A DNA stretch of 64,000 nt from Myxococcota bacterium (GTDB lineage: Bacteria; Myxococcota; XYA12-FULL-58-9; JALHOP01). The stretch spans positions 10,415-74,414 of the forward strand of contig JBGGMJ010000212.1 of the NCBI GenBank assembly GCA_041288095.1. The letters are read 5' to 3'. The notes under the pieces are model-generated. The model saw only the letters and a program-made list of their open reading frames with translations. It was not told where the DNA came from and searched no databases. Shown here in pieces: positions 1-9,993 of this stretch. The first letter of the stretch is position 1. Every line of letters begins with the position of its first letter. The position numbers and the translations under genes were made by a program.

Positions 1-420
1 CAACCGGCCCGCCTCGCCCTCAACCAGCTCGAGCGCTTCCTGCACCTCTCGGTCATCGATGCCGAGGAGTCGTGGCGCGCGGGCGACGAGGACGGTGCCG
101 CCGAGTTTCTCTCGGGTGCGATGCAATACCTACGGCAAACACACTTCGCGTTCTCACCGCTAACGCGAGGCTTCGAGCTCGTCTGCATGAAGCTCGGCCC
201 GCACTTCGACGGGCTCGCGGACGTGCACGGGCTCCAAGAACGCGTGCTCGCGCATCTCCGCGCCACCGGCGCGGCCGAGGACGAGATCCGGCGTTATTAT
301 CTGCCCTTCATCACGGTGCTGCTGACGCGAAACGTCGAGGCAACCTCGGCCCTGGTCGCGCCGATAATAGACAACGACGATGACGATAAGCGGGGTACCG
401 TCCGAGCTCAGACCACCTAG
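1..420 (+). CDS. hypothetical protein, 5'-truncated by window edge
   Basis: Frame of ORF 121..420 is open back to position 1 (QPARLALNQLERFLHLSVIDAEE...); GC3-rich codon usage. Confidence 0.6.
   Translation, partial: QPARLALNQLERFLHLSVIDAEESWRAGDEDGAAEFLSGAMQYLRQTHFAFSPLTRGFELVCMKLGPHFDGLADVHGLQERVLAHLRATGAAEDEIRRYYLPFITVLLTRNVEATSALVAPIIDNDDDDKRGTVRAQTT
340..367 (+). promoter_or_regulatory. sigma28/FliA-like promoter motif GCAAC-N15-GCCGATAA
   Basis: Perfect FliA -10 element GCCGATAA at 360-367, 12 nt before ATG 380. Confidence 0.7.
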
Positions 421-1666
421 CGGCACCCGTGCCGGCATCCAGGCCACTGTCGAGGGTCTGGAGCGTGGTCGCGTTACCCAGCAGCAACGCCCCCTCCCGG
501 AGATCGCCCAGCGCCTGCTCGTCGATGCCCTGAACGAGCGCGCCGCTCGAGACGGTGCGCTCACCGACAAGGCAATCAGCGACGCCTGGCAAACCATTCG
601 CCACTCCTTCCGCTTGGACCCGCGGCGCAAGGAGAGGACGCCAATCGGCCTGCAATCGTTCGGCTTCCTCGCGGCCCGCTATCTGGGCACGGGTGGCCCG
701 GTCACCGCCGAGCGCTTGCGCGCCATCGATCGCCAGAATCAGGAGCCCATGCGCTTGGCCGCGGCGCCTCGGCTTTCATGGGGTATCGGCGAGTCGAAGC
801 ACATCATCGACATCGCACGCGACGCGCTCGGGGCCAGTCGCGCTCTCGATTTTCTGACGCTTTGGGAGAGCTGGACCGGCACCTCCGTCGGTGACCGCGT
901 GAGCCCGGACACCTCGACCCGTACGCAACAGCGGACATTCACGCGCATCGCTTGGAAGGACAAGCTCGACACCAAGGATATGCTCCGCGTCTTGCGCGGC
1001 GAGGTCCTCGTCATGGAGAACCCCCGCACCAAACAGCTCGACTTCGTGGCCCGCGAGCACAACACGCTCGACATCTTGCTGGCGGCGTGGTCACTCGGGC
1101 GCTCGATGCCGGACAAGATCCTGCATTTCGACCGACACTCCGACTACACGAACGACGTCGACGGAGCCGCCTTGGGGCCAAGGCACCTCGCAGGCTTGCC
1201 GCAAGCAGCGGTCTGGTGGTCGCTCCTCGACGTCATCAAACGGCCAGACGGAGAAACGCCGCTCGCCGACCCCAATCGGGACGTGGCCTTCGTCACCCAC
1301 TTGAGCCCCGAGGAGCGGGAGAGGAAGCTCACCGGCGCGCGCAACTCACCCCTGAAGCCCCGCGACACCAGATGGACCCGCGTCGCCGAGCACATCGGGT
1401 CCGCTCCAGCGGACTTCGTGTCCTACGACCTCGATCTCGTCATGCCGTCCGACCAGATGCGCGTCGGCCAGGAGATGTTACGCGACCCCCGCTTCCAGGA
1501 AGCCATGCTGGCCGCGACGACACGGCTCTTCGTGGTCTCGCCGCAGTTCTCCGGAGGCGGCGATGAAGTTGACGCCCAGCACGCCACGCACTCGCCCGCG
1601 ACTTACACCCGCGTCCTCAACGTCATCCGCCGCGCCGGCGTCAGCGCGGATCGATCTTCGTCGTAG
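380..1666 (+). CDS. UPF0489/arginase-deacetylase-superfamily domain protein with long N-terminal extension
   Basis: C-terminal half has AREHN, ILHFDRHSDY and VSYDLDLV motifs, typical of the metal-binding DxHxD / DxD sites of this superfamily; no signal peptide. Confidence 0.6.
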   Translation: MTISGVPSELRPPSGTRAGIQATVEGLERGRVTQQQRPLPEIAQRLLVDALNERAARDGALTDKAISDAWQTIRHSFRLDPRRKERTPIGLQSFGFLAARYLGTGGPVTAERLRAIDRQNQEPMRLAAAPRLSWGIGESKHIIDIARDALGASRALDFLTLWESWTGTSVGDRVSPDTSTRTQQRTFTRIAWKDKLDTKDMLRVLRGEVLVMENPRTKQLDFVAREHNTLDILLAAWSLGRSMPDKILHFDRHSDYTNDVDGAALGPRHLAGLPQAAVWWSLLDVIKRPDGETPLADPNRDVAFVTHLSPEERERKLTGARNSPLKPRDTRWTRVAEHIGSAPADFVSYDLDLVMPSDQMRVGQEMLRDPRFQEAMLAATTRLFVVSPQFSGGGDEVDAQHATHSPATYTRVLNVIRRAGVSADRSSS

Positions 1667-2483
1667 CGTCGAACGGAAAAGGAACGACGCCGAACCCCGT
1701 GTCGACGTCCGTGTGCCCGCGCAAACGGACCGGTACCGCCTGCTTGCTCTGCAAGGTCTTCATCAGGGCGAGTCCCACCTGCAATGTCGACACGTCGGCG
1801 CTGAGCGTGCGCACCGAGGAACCGAAGATCTTCCCCGCCGCCGGCATGGTGCCCTTCAGCACTTCCTGGCCGGCAAGCGAGACGTCGTGGTTGAGCGCGC
1901 CAATGGCGAGAGGATGGCCGCCGTTGCTCTTCATCTCGACGTCCACATCGACGTGAATGCTGGTGAACGACGCGTTGCCCACGCGAACGGCGACCGGCGT
2001 GATGCTCGGCGGCCGCAAGACCGGCAGCGCCCCGTCACGCTCGAACGGCAGCGCGATCGGTTGATCGGCGACCTTGATGTAGGCTGTGCCGGCGATCTTC
2101 CACGGCAGCTCGTCAGGAATGCCCTTCTTCGCGGTGAGCCGGTTCGCGATTTCGCTCCAGCGGACGACTGCGGGAATGATCAGTGTCGTCGTCTTGCCAG
2201 GCCCGAGGTCGAGCGCCTTGTCGACCTTGCCGTCGGCGAGGGTGACACCGTCGACCACGAGCTTCATGTCGTAGCCGTCGAGGCGTCCGCCGATGCGGTT
2301 CGGGTTCTTCACCGCGAAGGCGATGTCACAGTGCAAGGCGTCGAAGTCCACGGCGCGGTAGTTGACGGTGTCGAACTGCACCTCGGGCGGCTGAATGCCC
2401 GTGACCGCCGAGAGGCCTTGGAGAGCGGCGCAACCGGCGCCGATGAGACAAGCCGTCGACAGCAATAGCGAGAAGCGTTTCAT
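1641..2483 (-). CDS. LEA type 2 (WHy) domain lipoprotein, two tandem domains
   Basis: MKRFSLLLSTACLIGAGC lipobox-like signal; VKNPNRIGGRLDGYDMKLVVDG LEA_2 signature; start trimmed from ORF 1641..2912. Confidence 0.8.
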   Translation of the reverse strand: MKRFSLLLSTACLIGAGCAALQGLSAVTGIQPPEVQFDTVNYRAVDFDALHCDIAFAVKNPNRIGGRLDGYDMKLVVDGVTLADGKVDKALDLGPGKTTTLIIPAVVRWSEIANRLTAKKGIPDELPWKIAGTAYIKVADQPIALPFERDGALPVLRPPSITPVAVRVGNASFTSIHVDVDVEMKSNGGHPLAIGALNHDVSLAGQEVLKGTMPAAGKIFGSSVRTLSADVSTLQVGLALMKTLQSKQAVPVRLRGHTDVDTGFGVVPFPFDATTKIDPR

Positions 2484-2529
2484 GGACGCTGACATCGCCG
2501 GTCCCACGACTCGGGTCAAACGCCGCTGA

Positions 2530-4404
2530 CTAGCGTGCCTCGGGCCCGCGTAAGGATTGCGCTTGCGGCCAGGTCTCGATCCAGCGCGACAGCGGCTTCC
2601 AGATGGCCTCCTGCGCGCGTAGCCGGCCGCTCGCGACGTGATGCTCCGGCCCGAAGGTGACGACGGGTTGGCCGTCACGCAGCACCGGACGGCCACGACG
2701 GTCTCGGCGAATGGTGTACTCGACGACGCCGTTCCTCGGATCACGTCTGTCACGCTCGAACTGTGCCTCGAGACGGCGCGCCGCGGCTCGCGAATGGATC
2801 GCCTCCATGATCTCCCCGTTAACCTCGGCCGACAGCAAATCCATGTTCGACGAGCCGATGAGCCCAACTTCACCGTCGGCAACCAACGTCTTGGCGTGCA
2901 TACGCTGATCACCGGTCAACACGAAGACGCGCAGATTGGGCACACGCGCCAGGAGCCGAGGCCACTCGCGCATGAAGAAGGCGGCGTACAAGGGGTTGTC
3001 GGCGGTGGTCGGGCTGTCGGTCAGGATGGTGATGCGCACGCCGCGGCGCCCCGCCGCGGCGAGGGCGCGCCGTACCCGTTCGCTGAGGACGATGTAGGGA
3101 TTGGTGATGACGACACGGTCGCGCGCCGCGGCGAGGAGGCGCTCGATGCTGGGCTCGATCTGATCGAAGGCATGCGGGGCCGCGGCGTTCGAAGTACGGT
3201 CGAGCGCCTTCACGCGGGCGTCTTCCATGTTCGCGTCGATGCGGAAGCCACGGTTCGCGCCGGCGAGGTCGGCGTTGGCGGCGAGCTCGAGGGCGCGGCC
3301 ATGGAGGTTGCCGAGGGCGAGCTCACCCACGTCCACGCGACGGCGGCGCAGATCTGCCCGCGCGGCCCGCACCATCTCGGCGGCGTAGTGCTCACGCACC
3401 GCCGGCTCCGTGCGCAACCGCTGCCGCATCGCCTGCGATAGCGGAGCGCGGTTCAGCCAGTGGTCCATCATGGCGGCGGCGCCCAGCAGCTCGGCCTCGC
3501 GCGACACCAAGTTGCCGTACATGTCGGGTGTGATCCGATGGTTCAGATCGTCTCGCTCCATCTCGACAGTGACGGCCCGGCGCAGTTGCGCGGCCGCTTC
3601 GGCGCCATCGACCACCACGTCGCTATCGCGGAACGGCATGCCCAAGTCGCGGCGCGAGCTGTAGTACTGGTGCCCGATGTTGCGGCCACCGGTGATACCG
3701 TAACGCTCGGTGACGAGGATCTTGTCGTGGTTGGCGGCGGCGAGCGCCAAGTCGCGCTCGGCGATGACTCGTGGAACCTTGCGGTAGTACGGATTGTAGA
3801 CCGAGACGTTGGCGCCGGCCGCGACCAACTCTTGCAAGTAGTCCTGGCCGCGCAGACTCGAGGTGAAGCCGGTGCGGCCGAAGCTATCTCCGGCCGCGTC
3901 GACGACGGCGTTCACCGGGATGTCGTTGCGGCGGTGACGCAGCAGCTGCCCCAGAAAGGCGTGCCCGAAGACGTCGCGGTCGAGGATGAAGTAGCTCACG
4001 TCGACGCGGCTTCGAGCCGAGCCCAGCACGTGCCAAGTCGCGAGCCAGGCCTCGTTGTTGTCGTGCAGAGCGCGGACCCTGGCATCCACGCCTCGTCCCG
4101 GGAGGGCATCGAACGCGCGCGCAATCGAGCTGCGCGGGCGTGGTGCGTCGCGGCCCGGCTCCACCGGCGGCGCAAGCCCGGTCACCGCCGCGGGAGCCAC
4201 CCCGCGGGCGGCACGTTCGGTCTCACGGGGCGGGGCCGGCGCGCGCGCGTCTGGCGGCACCGGAGTCGGGATCGGGGCCGTAAGGGGAGTTTCCACCGTT
4301 TCGGCGGCGCGCGGGGGTGCCTTCGCCGGGACCTGGAGTCTCGGCGCAGAGGTGCCTTCCGGATGGCGATACAATCCGGACCACAGCGGGCGCTCTTGTG
4401 ACAC
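2530..4404 (-). CDS. phospholipase D family protein (cardiolipin synthase-like), Pro-rich N-terminal tail
   Basis: Two HKD-type motifs: NHDKILVTE...GGRNIG and MHAKTLVAD...GSSNMD. Confidence 0.9.
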   Translation of the reverse strand: MSQERPLWSGLYRHPEGTSAPRLQVPAKAPPRAAETVETPLTAPIPTPVPPDARAPAPPRETERAARGVAPAAVTGLAPPVEPGRDAPRPRSSIARAFDALPGRGVDARVRALHDNNEAWLATWHVLGSARSRVDVSYFILDRDVFGHAFLGQLLRHRRNDIPVNAVVDAAGDSFGRTGFTSSLRGQDYLQELVAAGANVSVYNPYYRKVPRVIAERDLALAAANHDKILVTERYGITGGRNIGHQYYSSRRDLGMPFRDSDVVVDGAEAAAQLRRAVTVEMERDDLNHRITPDMYGNLVSREAELLGAAAMMDHWLNRAPLSQAMRQRLRTEPAVREHYAAEMVRAARADLRRRRVDVGELALGNLHGRALELAANADLAGANRGFRIDANMEDARVKALDRTSNAAAPHAFDQIEPSIERLLAAARDRVVITNPYIVLSERVRRALAAAGRRGVRITILTDSPTTADNPLYAAFFMREWPRLLARVPNLRVFVLTGDQRMHAKTLVADGEVGLIGSSNMDLLSAEVNGEIMEAIHSRAAARRLEAQFERDRRDPRNGVVEYTIRRDRRGRPVLRDGQPVVTFGPEHHVASGRLRAQEAIWKPLSRWIETWPQAQSLRGPEAR

Positions 4405-4410
4405 GAACCG

Positions 4411-4438
4411 TCATCGGCAGAAGTCGGTCCCTAGTTGT
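4411..4438 (-). promoter_or_regulatory. sigma28-like promoter motif ACAAC-N15-GCCGATGA
   Basis: Intergenic, 6 nt before the GTG start of the PLD gene. Confidence 0.6.
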
Positions 4439-4468
4439 CGAGACCGACCCGGGAGACGTGCCAATTGG

Positions 4469-4858
4469 TCACTCGAAGGTGACACCCTTCATACGAACGT
4501 CGTCACAGATGGTGTTGTAGTCCGAGGTCAGCTCGGTCCCCGCCGCGAGATCGAAGCCCGCGTGATCGTGGCCGAACGCGATGGCATCGGAGATCGTCGA
4601 CGGCTCGTCCGAGTGGTTGAAATGCCTCGCGTTGTCGCCGCACAGCACCCAGAGCTTCGAAGAGTCGCTGTAGGTCGAATACATGCGCAGGAAGCGCTGG
4701 GTGCGCTCGGGAAGACTCTTGAACTCGTCCTCCGAGTAGATGCGATCGATGCGCGAATCGAAGCGCCAAACGAGCTGGCCTTTGCGCACTGGCTCGAGGA
4801 GGAACACCCCGATGCCATGAATCGGGCTCATCCTGAGCTCGGTGTCGACCATCATCAT
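4469..4858 (-). CDS. SET domain-containing protein
   Basis: SPIHGIGVF, ARHFNHSDEP, GTELTSDY motifs. Confidence 0.9.
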   Translation of the reverse strand: MMMVDTELRMSPIHGIGVFLLEPVRKGQLVWRFDSRIDRIYSEDEFKSLPERTQRFLRMYSTYSDSSKLWVLCGDNARHFNHSDEPSTISDAIAFGHDHAGFDLAAGTELTSDYNTICDDVRMKGVTFE

Positions 4859-5022
4859 GCGAACAACCTCACCCTCCGAAAACCCCCCGCGGAAACGCGG
4901 GGACAGTATTCCGACGCGGACATAGCGGCAACTGTTACCTCCAGCTCACGCGTGCGCAATGCCGGTGTGACCCGCGGCTCACACTCGGTCCCTAGATCCG
5001 CCGATTCTCGGGCAAGTACGCG

Positions 5023-5038
5023 CGGCACGGCCGTTGCT
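5023..5038 (+). promoter_or_regulatory. sigma54 -24/-12 promoter
   Basis: CGGCACGGCCGTTGCT matches TGGCACG-N4-TTGC(A/T) with GG-N10-GC spacing; about 30 nt before ATG 5068 (RBS GGGAGG). Confidence 0.75.
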
Positions 5039-5067
5039 CTAGTCCTCCTGTCATGCCGGGAGGCTCC

Positions 5068-7299
5068 ATGCGCACCGTCGTCCTCGCAACCTTCATTGGG
5101 ATCGGTCTCGCCGCGACCGCCTGCAGCGGTCTCATCGGCGATTCGCACCAGTCGCCGGGCGACGACGACGACCTCGACGGCGACGAGCTGCCCTTAGGCT
5201 GCGACATCAACATCACCCTCGCGCGCAACGGCTGCACCCAATCCGGGTGTCACGGCCGCAGATACGAAGGCAACCTCGACCTTGCGTCCGCCGGTCTCGC
5301 CGAGCGCTTGATCAACGTCCGCTCACAGACCACCGCCTGCGCCGGCGAGCTGCTCATCGACCCCGCGGCGCCCGAAAACAGCCTCATCCTGAAGGCCACC
5401 AATCCAGCGGCCCATCTCATCGCCGGCTCCGTGTGCACCGAGCGCATGCCGATGGACGGCGAGCCGATGTCCGCCGAAGACCTCGCCTGTCTCAACAGCT
5501 GGGTCCTGGAGGTCATCGAGGACTGGGGGGGTGAGCCCATCGAGCCGTTCGTGCCGTCACCGCCGGAATCGTACGCGGCGATGGTCAAGACCCTGCTCAG
5601 CGGCGAAGTGCTCACCGCCAGCGAGATTGCCGACATCAACGCCAATCCGGAGAACCTCCGCCCGGCGGTCGCTGGTTGGTTGAACACCGCGGGCTTCGAC
5701 GCCATGCTCGGCGAATTCCTGTCCAACTCCTTGCAGTCACGCCTCGAGACGCGGCGCCTCCAGGAATTCTTCGGCGTCCGCGGCAATCGCATTGTGCGCG
5801 CCAACGGGACCAAGCTCGTGGCCGCCGTCGACACCTCCGTGGTCACCACGGCGCGCGACCTCATCGACGGTGGCAAACCGTTCAACGAAATCCTGACGAC
5901 CAACCGCTGGTACGTTAACACCGCGCTCCTGACCGTCATCGCGTACCTCGACCGCACGCTAGCCGACCGCACCCTCGTGGCCAACCGCCATACGGTGACG
6001 CGCGGCACCGCGGTGCTGCCAATCGCAACCTCCGTCGCCACCAAGAACTGGGTCTTTCCGCAGCAACCCACCGATTGCAACGTCACGGTGCTCAACGAAG
6101 AGGCTCTGCTCGCGGCGTTCATGGGCACCTTGAGCTGCAACCCCATCATCAACTTGGACGAAACCAACGCTCCGCTAAAAGCGACGGACTTCACCGATTG
6201 GCGGTACGTCACCTTCACGACCGGCACCAACCCCGTCCCTTGGTATGACGTCCCGAGGGTGCGCGCGGCGACGACCTGGGTCGTGCGCAACCCGCGCGTC
6301 GGCTTCTTCACCCAGCCCGGCTTCCTCGCCAACTGGATGACCAACGACGACAACAGCTACCGCGTTCTCATCAACCAGACTCTCATCGCGGCTCTCGATG
6401 CGACATTCTCCGCCGCCGATCCGACCCCAGAGTTGCTCGCCTCACAGGTCGATGACGAGCACGCCGTCCCCGGCACTCAGTGCTACGGCTGCCACCGCCT
6501 CATGGACCCGATGCGCGGCTATTTCTCCTCGACCACGGACACGAGCTACGCCTACCAGAACACGCCTACCCCGGCTGCCTTCGCGTTCTTCGGCAAGCGC
6601 AAGAACGGCGGAGGTATCGAGAGCTTCGCCGACAGCATCGCGACGCATCCGCGGTTCGCGCTCGCCTGGACGCAAAAACTCTGCATGTTCGCGACGACGA
6701 AGCGCTGCGATGAATCGGATCCCGAGGTGAAGCGCGTCGCCGAGGTTTTCAAGAACAGCGGCTTCGACTTCAAGGACCTGGTCGTCGAGCTCTTCACCTC
6801 TCCCATCGTCACACGGACGGAGCCCATTCAAACCTTCGAGGTCGCGGCGCCGTTCGTCAGCGTTACGCGCCGTGCCCAGCTCTGTCTGCTCCTGAAGACC
6901 CGCACTGGGGTGCCCACGATCTGCGCCAACGCCAACGTCAACAGGGCGCTCACCCAGGTCTCGGTCGACACGTTCGCGCGCGGCGAGGTCGACTTCGTGC
7001 TCGCGGGAGATACGTCATCGTTCCACATGGCCGCGGCGCAGCGGCTTTGCATGGCACTCGCGCCGCTCGCGGTCACGGCCAGCTCGCGCTTCAATCCAAC
7101 CGACGGCGCGGTCATCGAGAAGGTGGTCACGGACTTCATGGGGCTACCGGTGGGACACAGCCGCCATGACCTCTCGGTGACCGCGCTCGAGGATCACGTG
7201 GCGGCCGCCGTCACCGCCGGCGCCAACAACACAGAGGCCGTGCGTTCGGCGTTCGTCGCCGCCTGCCTGTCGACCGATGTTTTAGCTCTAGGAATGTGA
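5068..7299 (+). CDS. lipoprotein, DUF1592/DUF1588-like (planctomycete cytochrome c-associated) protein
   Basis: Lipobox-like LAATAC; heme-like motifs CTQSGCH and CYGCH; RVGFFTQPGFLANW...R and CYGCHRLMDPM pattern; followed by a DUF1501-like partner. Confidence 0.7.
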   Translation: MRTVVLATFIGIGLAATACSGLIGDSHQSPGDDDDLDGDELPLGCDINITLARNGCTQSGCHGRRYEGNLDLASAGLAERLINVRSQTTACAGELLIDPAAPENSLILKATNPAAHLIAGSVCTERMPMDGEPMSAEDLACLNSWVLEVIEDWGGEPIEPFVPSPPESYAAMVKTLLSGEVLTASEIADINANPENLRPAVAGWLNTAGFDAMLGEFLSNSLQSRLETRRLQEFFGVRGNRIVRANGTKLVAAVDTSVVTTARDLIDGGKPFNEILTTNRWYVNTALLTVIAYLDRTLADRTLVANRHTVTRGTAVLPIATSVATKNWVFPQQPTDCNVTVLNEEALLAAFMGTLSCNPIINLDETNAPLKATDFTDWRYVTFTTGTNPVPWYDVPRVRAATTWVVRNPRVGFFTQPGFLANWMTNDDNSYRVLINQTLIAALDATFSAADPTPELLASQVDDEHAVPGTQCYGCHRLMDPMRGYFSSTTDTSYAYQNTPTPAAFAFFGKRKNGGGIESFADSIATHPRFALAWTQKLCMFATTKRCDESDPEVKRVAEVFKNSGFDFKDLVVELFTSPIVTRTEPIQTFEVAAPFVSVTRRAQLCLLLKTRTGVPTICANANVNRALTQVSVDTFARGEVDFVLAGDTSSFHMAAAQRLCMALAPLAVTASSRFNPTDGAVIEKVVTDFMGLPVGHSRHDLSVTALEDHVAAAVTAGANNTEAVRSAFVAACLSTDVLALGM

Positions 7300-7306
7300 G
7301 GCGAGC

Positions 7307-8638
7307 ATGCACCGTCGTGATTTGCTGAAGAGTGCTCTGGCTGGATCGGGTCTCTGGGCGCTGCGCGCCGCGGCGGTGGGCTTGCCCCTATCGTTCGTGC
7401 GGCAACCGACCGCTTTCGCGGCCGATGCCTGCGCGCCAGCGATGCTCACGGACCCCAGGGCGCCCGACTTTCTCATCATGTCGCTCGGGCCCGGCGGCGA
7501 CCCGTTGAACGCCAACTGCCCAGGGGCGTACGTGACCGGCGCCAACAACAACACCAACATCGAGATGCAGGCCACCGACTTCAACCTCGGGAGCTTTGCG
7601 ACCCGCGCCGCCGCGCCGTGGGCGACCCTGCCGACCGCGATGGCGGCACGCACCGCGTTCGTTCACAACCGCACCGGTGCCATCGGTCACAACCAGTTCG
7701 GCGCGGTGACCCGCTTGTTCGGCGCCGTGAAGAACGGCGACGGTCGCGGCGAGGAGTGTCTGCCCTCGGCCCTCGCGCTCGAGACCGCGGCCGCGCTCGG
7801 CAGCATCCAAGCCGAGCCGGTGGCGCTGTCGACCGCGCCACTCACGGTGCGCGGCGTGCCCGTGCAGATGTTCAAGCCGAGCGGCTTGCTCTCACTCTTC
7901 CAACCGCAAGAGTCGACCATCGGAGATCTCGCCGGCCTGCGCGACCAGACCGTCGACATCCTCCACGCGCGGCTCAAGGCTGGTGGGACCCCCGCGCAGA
8001 AGAGGTTCCTCGACCGTTACGTGCTCGGCCGCACCCAGGCACGCGCGCTCGGCGACTGCCTGGGCTCGCTGCTAGCGGAGCTACCGGTGGTCGCGGGTCA
8101 GAGCGACGGCGCGGCCGATCAGGTGCTGACCGCTATCGCGCTCTTCAAGCTCAACGTCACACCGGCGGTCACCATCACCATCCCGTACGGGGGCGACAAT
8201 CACAACGACCCGGATCTCGCGAACGAGATGAATCAAACCATCGCCGGCGTAAACGCGCTCAAATACATGTGGGCGAAGATCACCGAGTACGGCATGGCGG
8301 ACAGAGTCACCTACGCCAACCTCAATACGTTCGGCCGCACCTTGAAGCGGGTGGGCGATGGCCGGTCGCACAATCAAGAACATCACGTCATGACGATCAT
8401 CGGTCGCCGGGCCAACGGGGGTGTCTACGGTGGCATCGCGCAGGGGACGCGCGACTTCGGCGCCACCGCCATCGACTCGGCGAGCGGCGCTTCGAGACCC
8501 ACGGCCGACATACCGGCGGAGGAAACGCTGCAGGGGGCGGCGAAGACTCTGGCGGCGGCCGTGGGCCTCTCGAGCGAGCGCATCGGCGTCCGCATCAACG
8601 GCGGTCGCGTCATCACGGCGGCGGTCACCACGACTTGA
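7307..8638 (+). CDS. DUF1501/DUF1552-like Tat-exported protein
   Basis: Twin-Arg signal HRRDLLK; GGDNH, TFGRT, GRSHN motifs; usual partner of the upstream gene type. Confidence 0.75.
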   Translation: MHRRDLLKSALAGSGLWALRAAAVGLPLSFVRQPTAFAADACAPAMLTDPRAPDFLIMSLGPGGDPLNANCPGAYVTGANNNTNIEMQATDFNLGSFATRAAAPWATLPTAMAARTAFVHNRTGAIGHNQFGAVTRLFGAVKNGDGRGEECLPSALALETAAALGSIQAEPVALSTAPLTVRGVPVQMFKPSGLLSLFQPQESTIGDLAGLRDQTVDILHARLKAGGTPAQKRFLDRYVLGRTQARALGDCLGSLLAELPVVAGQSDGAADQVLTAIALFKLNVTPAVTITIPYGGDNHNDPDLANEMNQTIAGVNALKYMWAKITEYGMADRVTYANLNTFGRTLKRVGDGRSHNQEHHVMTIIGRRANGGVYGGIAQGTRDFGATAIDSASGASRPTADIPAEETLQGAAKTLAAAVGLSSERIGVRINGGRVITAAVTTT

Positions 8639-8644
8639 CGCGCA

Positions 8645-9952
8645 TCAGGCTTTCGCGAGCCCGTGCTTTTTCAGGAGCTCGTGCAAATGACGTCGCGACA
8701 AGCCCGCTTCGCGCGCCGCCGCCGAGATGTTGCCGTCGTGCTTCGCCATGAGGTCGCGCACGTAGCCCGCTTCGAAGGCGTCGACGAGCTTCTCCTTGGC
8801 TTCCTTGTACGGCAGCCCGTCGTCGCTCTCGGGCTTGCCACGGGTGTTCGTGGGCTCCCCTGCTTCACCGAGCACGACGATGCGATGGACGGCATTGCGG
8901 AGCTCGCGGACGTTACCGGGCCAGGGGTTCGCCGCGAGGCTGCGCATGGTCGTCTCGGAGAGCGCGCTCGGGGCGCCGAACGTCGCCGCGAAATGGCGGG
9001 CCAGAGCGGGCACGTCGTCGGCCCGCTCGCGCAGCGGCGGAATGGTGAGCGGCACGATAGCGAGGCGATAGTAGAGGTCGGCGCGGAAGGTACCGCGCTG
9101 GATGCTGTCGTGCAGATCACGGTGCGTGGCGGCGATGACGCGCACATCCACGGCGCGGTAGTCGTTGCTGCCGACGCGCTTCACCTCGCCGCGCTCGAGC
9201 ACACGCAAGAGGCGTGTCTGAGTGTCGGGAGGCAGCTCGCCGATTTCGTCGAGGAACAAAGTGCCACCGTCAGCGTCCTCGAAGACACCCCGGCGGTCGG
9301 CATGGGCGCCGGTGAAAGCTCCCTTCAAGTGACCAAAGAGCTCGCTCTCTACCAGCTCGCGCGGCACCGAAGCGCAGTCGAAGACGACGAACGGTTTGTT
9401 CGCGCGCTGGCCATGCTCGTGAATGGCGCGGGCCACCAGCTCCTTACCGGTGCCGGTCTCGGCGAGAACGAGGACGGTGACATCACTGGACTCGATGCGC
9501 CGCAGCAGCGCGAACATGTGGCGCATGCTCTCGCTCGTGCCGATGAGCCCGCCGTAGCTCTTGGCGGCGAGGTCCGCCGCGGCGGTCAACGGCAGGAGCT
9601 CGAGGGTCGTGTTGCCCAGCTGCACGTGCGCGCCATAAGGCAAGACGGCCTCGACGACCCGGTTCCCCATGACGAAGGAGCCGTTGCTGCTCCCGAGGTC
9701 CTTGACGCCGATGCCGTGCGGCACGACGCGAATTTCGAGGTGCCGCCGCGATACGCGTTTGTCCACGAGGTGGAGGTCGCAGCTCGAGGAGGAACCCACG
9801 AGGGCGGTGCCGCGCGGCAGCTCGAGGTGCTTGCCGAGGTCCTTTGGGTCGCCATGCAGGACCCGCAGGTGGCAGCCAACAGGGGCTGTATTGGGCTCGG
9901 TATCCTGGCGCTCGGTCACCCAATCGCTTGTTTGGTCACGGCCAGGGGACAT
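8645..9952 (-). CDS. FHA-domain sigma54-dependent transcriptional activator (Fis family bEBP)
   Basis: FHA (VSRRH, DLGSSNGS); Walker A AETGTGKE; GAFTGA; LFLDEIGE; WPGNVREL; C-terminal HTH. Confidence 0.95.
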   Translation of the reverse strand: MSPGRDQTSDWVTERQDTEPNTAPVGCHLRVLHGDPKDLGKHLELPRGTALVGSSSSCDLHLVDKRVSRRHLEIRVVPHGIGVKDLGSSNGSFVMGNRVVEAVLPYGAHVQLGNTTLELLPLTAAADLAAKSYGGLIGTSESMRHMFALLRRIESSDVTVLVLAETGTGKELVARAIHEHGQRANKPFVVFDCASVPRELVESELFGHLKGAFTGAHADRRGVFEDADGGTLFLDEIGELPPDTQTRLLRVLERGEVKRVGSNDYRAVDVRVIAATHRDLHDSIQRGTFRADLYYRLAIVPLTIPPLRERADDVPALARHFAATFGAPSALSETTMRSLAANPWPGNVRELRNAVHRIVVLGEAGEPTNTRGKPESDDGLPYKEAKEKLVDAFEAGYVRDLMAKHDGNISAAAREAGLSRRHLHELLKKHGLAKA

Positions 9953-9993
9953 GCGAGGCGTAGTCTATATCGTCATGGTAGCCTTGAGCTACG

